64,000 nt of DNA from an uncultured Actinomycetota bacterium (GTDB lineage: Bacteria; Actinomycetota; Actinomycetes; Mycobacteriales; Mycobacteriaceae): assembly GCA_963698965.1 (NCBI GenBank), contig CAVOSY010000037.1, positions 55,141-119,140 of the forward strand, written 5' to 3'. Under the pieces are notes generated by a model. The model saw nothing but the letters and a program-made list of their open reading frames with translations, was not told the origin of the DNA and searched no databases. The translations under genes were made by a program, and so were the position numbers. Shown here in pieces: positions 10,968 through 19,272 of this stretch; the stretch's first letter is position 1, and each line of letters starts with the position of its first letter.

Positions 10968-11172
10968 CACTTCTCCTGATCGGCCGTTCGGCGGCGGTGA
11001 AGTCCACGCCGAGAATCCGGTCGGACAGCAGTCCGAGGCAGCTGAGGTTGGGGAATCCCGGACCCTGCGTCAGCCCGGACAGCCCGGGCAGGAACAGTTT
11101 TTGGCGCGACATCGGTGACGGCGAGGTCATGGTCGATGGCTTCCTGCAAGGTCTCGCCGGTCAACGGACCGC
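10960..11172 (-). pseudogene. mbtG: mbtG (lysine N6-monooxygenase) 3' remnant with +1 frameshift
   Basis: GPLTGETLQEAIDHDLAVTDVAPK / LFLPGLSGLTQGPGFPNLSCLGLLSDRILG read in two frames joined at an A5 run near 11098-11102; no upstream body. Confidence 0.82.
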
Positions 11173-11281
11173 GGTCGGCAAGATCGACAAGGCGATTGTG
11201 AATCAGCTACATCCTGATGGCTAGGGCGGTACCGCACTTCGACACTGGAGTTCTACGCGGAGATGCTTCAAAATATGAAGC

Positions 11282-11608
11282 ATGGCTTCGCCGCGTGTTG
11301 GCTCATCGGTACGGGGATCAGCCTCGGGTCGGCCGATCATGGTCGCCCTCGACGTTCTGGGTCGCCGCGGCGCGCTGCGTGTGCTCTGGGAGTTGCGCGA
11401 CGCTTCGCTGACGTTCCGTGCGCTCCAGGCGGCAGCCGATATGAATCCCGCCTCGCTCAACAAGCGAATCAAGGAGCTCCGTGCGCTGGAGATCATCGAC
11501 CACAGCGGCGACGGCTACCACCTGACGCAGCACGGGCGGTCACTGATGGCCGCCTTCGAACCACTACAAGCCTGGGCGGCGGCATGGGCGCGACAGGTGG
11601 ACCTCTAA
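11282..11608 (+). CDS. HxlR-family winged-helix regulator
   Basis: ALDVLGRRGALRVLWEL...TFRAL...LNKRIKEL...YHLTQHGRSL pattern. Confidence 0.85.
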   Translation: MASPRVGSSVRGSASGRPIMVALDVLGRRGALRVLWELRDASLTFRALQAAADMNPASLNKRIKELRALEIIDHSGDGYHLTQHGRSLMAAFEPLQAWAAAWARQVDL

Positions 11609-11854
11609 ACATCCGGACGACAACGTCGTTTCGCCGGTAAGGCGCCTCGTTCATAGCGCTTTACTTTTTGTAGCACGCCGGTGTATCGTTCCCTTCGACA
11701 GCGCTACAAAAACCATAGCGACTGCCCGCGCGGACCCCGTGTGCGAACGCCTCCGAAGAAGAGGCCGGCGCGGGCACTTCGCGAATCGTTGGTTGTACCG
11801 GTCACCAATCCCGTTGGCCGGACAGGAAATAGGAAATAAGAGAAAGAGTGAAAG

Positions 11855-12082
11855 ATGCCGTTCGTCAACGTGAAGGTCGTTGAAGGAGTGTTCTCCGCAA
11901 CGCAAAAGCAAGACATCGTGCGGAAGGTGACCGATGCCATGGTCGAGATCGAGGGCGAGAACATGCGTCCCGTCACATGGGTAGTGGTCGAGGAGGTCGC
12001 CAGCGGCGACTGGGGCATTGGCGGAACACCGTTGCACGCCGCTGACGTCAAGGCTCTCGCTGCAGGTCAACCGGTCGCCTAG
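11855..12082 (+). CDS. 4-oxalocrotonate tautomerase family protein
   Basis: 75 aa, N-terminal catalytic Pro (MPFVNVK), EEV...DWGIGG; purine-rich RBS. Confidence 0.9.
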   Translation: MPFVNVKVVEGVFSATQKQDIVRKVTDAMVEIEGENMRPVTWVVVEEVASGDWGIGGTPLHAADVKALAAGQPVA

Positions 12083-12094
12083 CGATTGCCGGCC

Positions 12095-12128
12095 CCGGCG
12101 AGACGACCCGACTGCATCGTCTCGCCGG
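12095..12128. terminator. Hairpin between convergent genes (probable bidirectional terminator)
   Basis: Perfect 12-bp stem CCGGCGAGACGA / TCGTCTCGCCGG with 10-nt loop. Confidence 0.6.
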
Positions 12129-12209
12129 AGGCTTCCATCCGGCCGCGTCAGCCAAACACGTTGTAAGCGTGTGTCTTACACGCGAGCAGGCGGGGCGACC
12201 GCGTGCAGA

Positions 12210-12599
12210 TCAACCTGTGACGGACGGCGGCGGCTGCGCTGCTGCGGACTCGGGGTCGATCTCGACGGCGTACGACGTGATCGCCATGATCTGCTCCCCC
12301 GTGTACTCGTAGATGTCGCAGCTGGCGACGGTGGTGACGCCGTTCGGACCGCTATAGCGCGCTAGGGTGTCGACGGCGACGACCCGCTCGTCGACCGCCA
12401 TCACGCACCTTTCGTAGGTCGTCGTGGTGTCTTGTAGGCCTTCCAGGGTCTCCCGGCAGGTCTGGCGCACTGCGTCGGCGCCCTCGAGGACCATGTATCC
12501 CACGACCGTCCAGCGCACATCTTTGGCTAGATGTGGCAGCGCCTCGTCAAACCGATGCTCGGAGAATGCGCGGCCGACGGCGCCGCGATCGAATGCCAT
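12210..12599 (-). CDS. SnoaL/NTF2-like protein
   Basis: LAKDVRWTVVG...LEGADAV, SCDIYEY...IMAITSY NTF2-like pattern. Confidence 0.8.
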   Translation of the reverse strand: MAFDRGAVGRAFSEHRFDEALPHLAKDVRWTVVGYMVLEGADAVRQTCRETLEGLQDTTTTYERCVMAVDERVVAVDTLARYSGPNGVTTVASCDIYEYTGEQIMAITSYAVEIDPESAAAQPPPSVTG

Positions 12600-12646
12600 G
12601 TGCCGACGGTAGCGTGAGGCTGTCGGTCAGTGGAAAGGACGACGGC

Positions 12647-13507
12647 ATGGATCTGTCGGGCGTCGGAATCTGGAGTTCCCAGTTGCGGTACGGGAACGCC
12701 GACGAGGCAACAGACGCCGCCGCGGAGTTGGAAGAGCTCGGCTTCTCCGCGCTGTGGATTCCCGACGTCGGCGGTCCGGTCCTCGACTGCGTCGACAACC
12801 TGCTGGCATCGACGAAACATGTGGTGATTGCCACCGGCATCCTGAACCTCTGGATGCACGACCCATCCGACGTGGCCGCGGGGTACGCCTCCTTGACCAA
12901 GACGCACGGCGAGCGCTTTCTACTCGGCATCGGCTGCAGCCACGCTCCGCTCATCGACTCGAAGGAACCCGGCCGCTACCGCAAGCCCCTGGCCGCGACC
13001 CGCGCATTCCTCGACGCCCTGGACGCCGCCGAGCGGCCGGTGCCCGTCGTGAACCGGGTGCTCGCGGCGCTCGGCCCCAAAATGCTTGAGCTGTCGGCGA
13101 ACCGCTCCCGCGGTGCTCACCCGTACTTGGTGATGCCCGACCACACGCACCAGGCCAGGGAGGTGCTGGGCTCTGGCCCCCTCTTGCTTCCCGAGCAGAC
13201 GGTGTTCCTCACCAACAGCCGCGACGACGCGCGAGCCATCGGAACCGATTGGCTGCGCGCCTATCTGGCCCTGCCGAACTACGCCAACAACCTGCTACGC
13301 TCCGGCTTCACGCAGGACGACCTTGACTCGGTCAGCGATCGCCTCTTCGACGCGATCATCGCATGGGGCGACGAGGACGCCATCACGCAGCGGGTCAACG
13401 AACACAAACAGGCTGGGGCGGACCACGTTTGCGTTCAGGCGTTGACTGCCGACCCGCGGGAGTTCCCGCGCGAACAATGGCGGACCCTCGCCGCGGCATT
13501 CGCCTAG
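12647..13507 (+). CDS. LLM-class (probably F420-dependent) oxidoreductase
   Basis: ATG after GGAAAGGA; ELEELGFSALW, ATGILNLW, AALGPKMLEL, GADHVCVQ. Confidence 0.88.
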   Translation: MDLSGVGIWSSQLRYGNADEATDAAAELEELGFSALWIPDVGGPVLDCVDNLLASTKHVVIATGILNLWMHDPSDVAAGYASLTKTHGERFLLGIGCSHAPLIDSKEPGRYRKPLAATRAFLDALDAAERPVPVVNRVLAALGPKMLELSANRSRGAHPYLVMPDHTHQAREVLGSGPLLLPEQTVFLTNSRDDARAIGTDWLRAYLALPNYANNLLRSGFTQDDLDSVSDRLFDAIIAWGDEDAITQRVNEHKQAGADHVCVQALTADPREFPREQWRTLAAAFA

Positions 13508-13568
13508 CCGAGTGTGGGCTTGTGTCACGTCTTGAGCGAGCTGGGCGTGCAGTAAGTCCACGCTCGGC
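13507..13568. repeat. Long palindromic intergenic element (REP-like)
   Basis: GCCGAGTGTGGGCTT ... AAGTCCACGCTCGGC 15-bp arms (two G.U pairs) immediately after the stop codon. Confidence 0.5.
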
Positions 13569-13668
13569 ATCGGCCGCGCGACACGAGATACGCGCGAGCA
13601 TCGCAAGTCTCCTCGAACTCGCGGTCCGGCGTCGACGCGGCGACGATGCGGAGGGCGGGAATTGGGGG

Positions 13669-14376
13669 CTACCGCAGCGTCTTGACCGCCAGCGGCTCGT
13701 TGCTCCCGCTCTCCCGAATGTCGACGGTGCTGATCTGCGAGGCCGGGATGCTCGTCGCCGCCGACAGTCCGGTCGCCTCATCTCCGGCGGGCTTCCATGA
13801 GCCAACGACCTTCTGCTGGCCGTCGTGCGTCGTCACCACGATGTCGTAGCTGTCGACGTTGCGCGACCAGTCCTTGGTGTACTGGCAGGCCCAGTTCAGC
13901 TCCGTGCCCCACTTCTTCTCGGTGACGGCGAGCTGGGCGGTCAGCCCACCACGCGGGGTCGGCTGCATCGCCTGCATCGCCACCGTCTGCGTCGGTGGAG
14001 CGGACTGCGGGAAGACGGTTGCTCCTACGACGCCACCGGCGATCACGAGCGCGGCTGCCGATGCAACGGCCGCCGCGAGCCACGTGCGCCGCGAGCGCTG
14101 CTGCCGCTTGGCCGCCGCATGCGCGAGCGATGCAATGTTGTCCGGCCGGTCCGCGATCGGCGGAGCGCCTGCGAGATTGGTGAGTGCGACGGCTTCGTCA
14201 CGGCTCAGCGCGTTGAGAATGCCGGGCATCCCCGCCAGGTCGGTCAGCTCGGCGGCCCGCGCCGGGTTGGTGGCCAGATAGTCCTCGTAGGTACGCCGAT
14301 CATCCAGGCTCAGCGCACCCAGAACGTAGGCAGCATCCCACTCGGCAAGGTCGTCATCGGGCTTGAAGTTCGTCAC
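13669..14376 (-). CDS. Membrane anti-sigma factor, RslA-like, zinc motif degenerate
   Basis: WDAAYVLGALS N-terminus, central TM helix, C-terminal extracellular domain; overlaps the sigma stop. Confidence 0.88.
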   Translation of the reverse strand: MTNFKPDDDLAEWDAAYVLGALSLDDRRTYEDYLATNPARAAELTDLAGMPGILNALSRDEAVALTNLAGAPPIADRPDNIASLAHAAAKRQQRSRRTWLAAAVASAAALVIAGGVVGATVFPQSAPPTQTVAMQAMQPTPRGGLTAQLAVTEKKWGTELNWACQYTKDWSRNVDSYDIVVTTHDGQQKVVGSWKPAGDEATGLSAATSIPASQISTVDIRESGSNEPLAVKTLR

Positions 14377-14888
14377 CGGACAACCCCTCTTTCCTGCAAC
14401 GCGATTCGCAACGCGCGAAGCGCGTAATGAAGCCTTGACTTGACGGTTCCCTCAGGGATTCCCTCTTGCTGCGCAATATCGGCCACTGTTTGGCCGAGAT
14501 AATAGGCGCGGACGATCACCGTCCGGTGGTCCTCGCTGAGCGACAGCAGTGCGTCCGACAGTATCCATTTGTCGAACGCCGGGCCGATCGCATCGGGCGA
14601 CGGCCGTTCTGGCAGGTATTCACTCTGGAGTTCGCGGGTGTATCGCGCGCTGCGCCGGTCGTCGATCACCAGATTGCGAGCGACGGTGAACAGCCACTTG
14701 CGGACGTTGTCCATCGGCTGCTCGAGCACCTCGGGCTTGCGCCAGAGCTTCAGCAGCGACTCCTGCACCACGTCTTCCGCGAACGGCATGTCGCCCCTTG
14801 TCAGTCTCAATACATAGCGCAGCAGCGGCTGGCTGTGCTCGTCGTGCACGGCCCGCAGCAGCTCCGCCTGCTCGGAATCGTCTGTCAT
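14373..14888 (-). CDS. ECF sigma factor, SigL-like
   Basis: AEDVVQESLL, WLFTVARNLVID region 2; GIPEGTVKSRLHYALRAL region 4. Confidence 0.92.
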   Translation of the reverse strand: MTDDSEQAELLRAVHDEHSQPLLRYVLRLTRGDMPFAEDVVQESLLKLWRKPEVLEQPMDNVRKWLFTVARNLVIDDRRSARYTRELQSEYLPERPSPDAIGPAFDKWILSDALLSLSEDHRTVIVRAYYLGQTVADIAQQEGIPEGTVKSRLHYALRALRIALQERGVVR

Positions 14889-14937
14889 GACTCACGCACC
14901 GCGCATCCTCGCTTTCGGTCGCCCTTCGCTGAGCACA

Positions 14938-14963
14938 ACGATGTGATATGGCGGAATCGTTCA
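14938..14963 (-). promoter_or_regulatory. Putative ECF (SigL-type) autoregulatory promoter
   Basis: TGAACG-N17-CGT about 50 nt upstream of the sigma ATG; resembles the SigL TGAACC..CGT consensus. Confidence 0.55.
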
Positions 14964-15011
14964 ATTGAGATTTTCGCCGATCCGATCGCGGATCGTCTCC
15001 GAATACCCGGC

Positions 15012-15248
15012 ATGAACCGACGCGCGGCGCGAACCAGAACCACCTATCTGGTCAGTGATCGCCTGCATGCGGGGCGCACTGCCCGCGTAGCCGTCCATGA
15101 GATCGCGAGCACGGTATCTGCGTGGTTGGCCGAGTTGGGTGCCCACAGCCCACTGGCAGAAGACCTTGCCCGAGCAGTGCGCGCCGGCGACTGGCCTGCC
15201 GCCCGCGGAATCGGTGACTACCTATCCGTCGACGTCTCGATCGCGTGA
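15012..15248 (+). CDS. Small hypothetical protein (78 aa)
   Basis: MNRRAARTRTTYLVSDRLHAGRTARV...GDWPAARGIGDYLSVDVSIA; fills the gap before the hemW stop. Confidence 0.55.
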   Translation: MNRRAARTRTTYLVSDRLHAGRTARVAVHEIASTVSAWLAELGAHSPLAEDLARAVRAGDWPAARGIGDYLSVDVSIA

Positions 15249-15272
15249 CTGGATGGAACGCCGCCCACTTGG

Positions 15273-16475
15273 TCAGTCGAGCAGCGTGCGAACCGCCGCA
15301 TCGGCCAGCAACCGGCCGCGGTCGGTGAGCACCAGTCGGTCGCCGTGCAATTCGATGAGGCCGTCGGAGATCACAGTCTCGGCGCGGGCTCGTTCGCCTG
15401 CGCTGAGCACGGCCATCGGGAGGCCGTCGCGCAACCGCAGTCTCAGCATCACGTCCTCGATGTGCCGGGTGTCAGCGTCCAGCTGCTCGAAGTCGGCGAC
15501 CGGGAGCACCCCTTCGCCAAGTGACTGCGCATAAGCGTTGGGGTGCTTGACATTCCACCAACGGGTGGCGCCGACGTACCCGTGTGCACCGGGTCCGGCG
15601 CCCCACCATTCGCCGCCGTTCCAGTAGCCGATGTTGTGTCTGCACTCGCCGCCGGGCCTGCTCCAGTTGGAGACCTCGTACCAGTCGAAACCTGCCGCTG
15701 ACAACCGCGCGTCGAGCAATTCGTAGCGCTGTGCGAGCACGTCGTTGTCGGGTGCCGCGATCTCGCCGCGACGCACCCGGCGCGCCAGCGCCGTGCCGTC
15801 CTCGACCACCAGCGCGTAGCCGGACACATGGTCGACGCCTGCGTCGATCGCCGCGTCGACGGAGCGGCGCAGATCGTCGTCGGACTCCCCCGGCGTGCCA
15901 TAAATGAGGTCGAGGTTGACGTGGTCGAACCCGGCGCCGCGGGCTTCGCGCGCCGCGTCGAGCGCCCGGCCCGGCGAGTGCACCCGGTCGAGCACCGCCA
16001 ACACGTGCGGGGCCACGGACTGCATGCCGAGCGACACCCGGGTGAACCCCGCAGCCCGCAGTCGTTCGAAGAAGCGCGGCGATGTGGACTCGGGGTTCGC
16101 CTCGGTCGTCACCTCGGCGTCCGCGGCCAGCGTGAAATGTGCGCGGAGCGCATCGAGCACCGTCGCAAGACCGTCGCCACCCAGCAGCGAGGGCGTCCCG
16201 CCACCGACGAACACCGTGTCGACCTGCCGCCGGACGTGAGGAGGACTTAATCGATGTGGTGAGGCCAGCCGCGACGCTGCAAGGCCGAGCTCGGCGCGCA
16301 GAGCCTCCAGCCAGCCGTATGGGTTCGCGCCGCCCAGCTCGGCGGGCGTGTAGGTGTTGAAGTCGCAGTAGCCGCATCGCGTCGCGCAGAACGGCACATG
16401 GATATAGATGCCGAACGGCCGGCCCGGCACAGCAACCAGGTGTGGGAGCTCCATGAGAGCCGTTCGGACCGTCAT
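15273..16475 (-). CDS. hemW: Radical SAM heme chaperone HemW (HemN-like)
   Basis: YIHVPFCATRCGYCDF CxxxCxxC, GGGTPS, HNIGYW; start placed at MTVRT. Confidence 0.93.
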   Translation of the reverse strand: MTVRTALMELPHLVAVPGRPFGIYIHVPFCATRCGYCDFNTYTPAELGGANPYGWLEALRAELGLAASRLASPHRLSPPHVRRQVDTVFVGGGTPSLLGGDGLATVLDALRAHFTLAADAEVTTEANPESTSPRFFERLRAAGFTRVSLGMQSVAPHVLAVLDRVHSPGRALDAAREARGAGFDHVNLDLIYGTPGESDDDLRRSVDAAIDAGVDHVSGYALVVEDGTALARRVRRGEIAAPDNDVLAQRYELLDARLSAAGFDWYEVSNWSRPGGECRHNIGYWNGGEWWGAGPGAHGYVGATRWWNVKHPNAYAQSLGEGVLPVADFEQLDADTRHIEDVMLRLRLRDGLPMAVLSAGERARAETVISDGLIELHGDRLVLTDRGRLLADAAVRTLLD

Positions 16476-16658
16476 GCAGCCAGTTTCCCAGACCCGGCTC
16501 ACACGTCCTTTCCGCCGAACGTTCCGTACCGCTCGATAAATCGCCGAGATTTCGAGCGGTACGGAACGTTCGCCCCGGCCACGGCGACTTTTGCTCACAC
16601 TGAGCGCAAATCTGTCCCGGTTAGGGCATATGTCGGTGTCCATGGCACAATTGGCGAC

Positions 16659-16763
16659 GTGACCGCCGTCCGCATCTTCCCCCAGCGTGTATCCCTGGTG
16701 GCGCGGCGGCATGTCGACTTCAAGCGCGTTTGTACCTGTTGTTGTCTGCCTTGCCGCGCCTGA
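16659..16763 (+). CDS. Leaderless Cys-rich leader peptide upstream of sirA (34 aa)
   Basis: CACAAT -10, 7 nt, GTG; MTAVRIFPQRVSLVARRHVDFKRVCTCCCLPCRA. Confidence 0.85.
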   Translation: MTAVRIFPQRVSLVARRHVDFKRVCTCCCLPCRA

Positions 16764-16876
16764 TCTAGGACCCAGCCCACCCCGTACTTTCAGCTGGCCG
16801 CCGGATCTGCGCCGCCGGACAGCCCACCGGTGATAACGCGCGGTTCGAACGCCGGCTCCACGAAGGAGCCACACCA

Positions 16877-18571
16877 ATGACCACGGCACGGAAGACATCA
16901 GCCGGCTCGTCGGCGTCCGTCAAGCGCCCACGTGGCGAGGGCCAGTGGAAGCTCGGCTATCGCGAGCCACTCAACCCCAACGAGCAGTTCAAGAAGGATG
17001 ACGACGCACTCAACGTGCGCGCCCGCATCCTCGACATCTACTCCAAGCAGGGCTTCGACAGCATCGACAAGCAGGACCTCCGCGGCCGGATGCGGTGGAT
17101 GGGCCTGTACACCCAGCGCGAACAGGGCTACGACGGCACCTGGACCGGCGACGAGAACGCCGACATCCTCGAGGCCTCCTACTTCATGATGCGGGTGCGC
17201 TGCGACGGCGGGGCGCTGACCAACGCCGCGCTGCGCACGCTCGGCGAGATCTCCACTGAGTTCGCCCGCGACACCGCCGACATCAGCGACCGCGAGAACG
17301 TCCAGTACCACTGGATCCAGATCGAGGACGTCCCGCAGATTTGGGAGCGGCTGGCCGCGGTCGGCCTGCAGACCACCGAGGCCTGCGGTGACTGCCCCCG
17401 CGTGGTGCTGGGGTCGCCGCTGGCCGGCGAGGCGGTGGACGAGGTGCTCGACCCGACCTGGGCGATCGACGAGATCGTCAAGCGTTACATCGGCAATCCG
17501 GAGTTCTCCAACCTGCCCCGCAAGTACAAGACCGCGATCTCGGGTCTGCAAGACGTCGCCCACGAGGTCAACGACGTCGCATTCATCGGCGTCAACCATC
17601 CCGAGCACGGACCCGGCCTCGACGTGTGGGTCGGCGGCGGCCTTTCGACCAACCCCATGCTGGCCCAGCGGCTTGGCGCCTGGGTCCCGCTGGAGGAGGT
17701 GCCCGACGTCTGGGAGGCGGTGACGTCGGTGTTCCGCGACTACGGCTACCGGCGACTGCGGGCCAAGGCGCGGCTGAAGTTCCTGATCAAGGACTGGGGC
17801 ATCGAAAAATTCCGCCAGGTCCTCGAGGACGAATACCTGGGCCGGAAGCTGATCGACGGCCCGGCTCCCGAGCCCGTCAAACATCCGATCGACCACGTCG
17901 GTGTGCAGAAGCTGAAGAACGGCCTGAACGCCGTCGGCGTCGCGCCGATCGCTGGCCGGGTGTCCGGCACGATCCTGACCAAGGTCGCCGACCTCGCATC
18001 GGCCGCAGGTTCGGACCGGATCCGCTTCACGCCCTACCAGAAGCTGGTCATCCTCGACGTTCCCGACGACAGACTCCACGAGCTGGTCGCGGGTCTGGAT
18101 GCGCTGGGTTTGCCTTCACAGCCGTCGCACTGGCGCAAGAACCTGATGGCCTGCACGGGCATCGAATACTGCAAGCTGTCGTTCGCCGAAACCCGCGGCC
18201 GCGCGCAGGTGCTGGTGCCGGAGCTGGAGAAGCGGCTGGAGGACATCAATGCCCAGCTCGACGTGCCGATCACGGTCAACATCAACGGCTGCCCGAACTC
18301 GTGCGCCCGCATCCAGGTCGCCGACATCGGGTTCAAGGGCCAGATGGTCGACGACGGCGACGGCAACCCGGTCGAAGGATTCCAGGTGCACCTTGGCGGC
18401 AGTCTCGGCCTGGACAGCGGTTTCGGCCGCAAGTTGCGCCAGCACAAGGTGCTGTCGAGCGAGCTGGGCGACTACATCGATCGGGTTGTTCGCAATTTCG
18501 TGAAACAACGCGAGCAGGGTGAGCGTTTCGCTACGTGGGCGGTAAGAGCAGACGAGGCGGATTTGCGATGA
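16877..18571 (+). CDS. sirA: Ferredoxin-dependent sulfite reductase SirA
   Basis: CTGIEYCK and NGCPNSC siroheme/4Fe-4S ligands; LPRKYK; first gene of sirA-cysH-che1. Confidence 0.95.
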   Translation: MTTARKTSAGSSASVKRPRGEGQWKLGYREPLNPNEQFKKDDDALNVRARILDIYSKQGFDSIDKQDLRGRMRWMGLYTQREQGYDGTWTGDENADILEASYFMMRVRCDGGALTNAALRTLGEISTEFARDTADISDRENVQYHWIQIEDVPQIWERLAAVGLQTTEACGDCPRVVLGSPLAGEAVDEVLDPTWAIDEIVKRYIGNPEFSNLPRKYKTAISGLQDVAHEVNDVAFIGVNHPEHGPGLDVWVGGGLSTNPMLAQRLGAWVPLEEVPDVWEAVTSVFRDYGYRRLRAKARLKFLIKDWGIEKFRQVLEDEYLGRKLIDGPAPEPVKHPIDHVGVQKLKNGLNAVGVAPIAGRVSGTILTKVADLASAAGSDRIRFTPYQKLVILDVPDDRLHELVAGLDALGLPSQPSHWRKNLMACTGIEYCKLSFAETRGRAQVLVPELEKRLEDINAQLDVPITVNINGCPNSCARIQVADIGFKGQMVDDGDGNPVEGFQVHLGGSLGLDSGFGRKLRQHKVLSSELGDYIDRVVRNFVKQREQGERFATWAVRADEADLR

Positions 18572-19272
18572 CGGAACTGATGACAGACACCGACCTACAG
18601 GAGCTTGCCGAGCGGGGCGCGGCCGAGCTCGTAGGCGCCGGCGCGATGGACCTGCTGCGCTGGACCGACGAGAACTTCGGCGGCAATTACGTCGTGGCGT
18701 CCAACATGCAGGACGCGGTGCTCGTCGATCTGGCCGCCAAGGTGCGTCCCGGTGTGGACGTGTTGTTCCTCGACACCGGATATCACTTCGTCGAGACCGT
18801 CGGCACCCGTGACGCGGTCGAAGCGGTCTACGACATCAACGTGGTCAATGTGACGCCCGAGAACTCCGTCGCCAAGCAGGACGAGCTGTTCGGCAAGGAC
18901 CTGTTCGCCCGCGAGCCCAACGAATGCTGCCGGATGCGCAAGGTCGAGCCGCTGAGCAAGGCTCTTCGGGGCTATTCCGCGTGGGTGACGGGCCTCCGCC
19001 GCGTCGAGGCGCCGACGCGGGCCAACGCGCCGCTGATCAGCTGGGACAAGGCGTTTGGACTGGTGAAGATCAACCCGATCGCCGCATGGACCGACGAGGA
19101 CATGCAGAACTACATCGACGCCAACGATGTGCTGGTCAATCCCCTTGTGTTCGAGGGCTACCCGTCGATTGGTTGCGCGCCGTGCACGGCCAAGCCGATC
19201 GCGGGAGCCGACCCGCGCAGCGGTCGCTGGGCGGGCACGTCGAAGACGGAATGCGGGCTGCACGCTTCGTGA
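18568..19272 (+). CDS. cysH: APS/PAPS reductase CysH
   Basis: FLDTGYHF, CCRMRKV, SIGCAPCT, ECGLH; ATGA overlap with sirA. Confidence 0.96.
   Translation: MTELMTDTDLQELAERGAAELVGAGAMDLLRWTDENFGGNYVVASNMQDAVLVDLAAKVRPGVDVLFLDTGYHFVETVGTRDAVEAVYDINVVNVTPENSVAKQDELFGKDLFAREPNECCRMRKVEPLSKALRGYSAWVTGLRRVEAPTRANAPLISWDKAFGLVKINPIAAWTDEDMQNYIDANDVLVNPLVFEGYPSIGCAPCTAKPIAGADPRSGRWAGTSKTECGLHAS

Noticed and set aside
10372-11130. 252-aa minus-strand ORF as an intact gene
   Set aside because: Only its first about 55 aa are meaningful (MbtG tail); the rest is read-through after loss of the mbtG stop
16476-16898. 141-aa N-terminal extension of HemW in the ORF track
   Set aside because: Overlaps the sirA promoter and Cys leader on the other strand; homology starts near MTVRT
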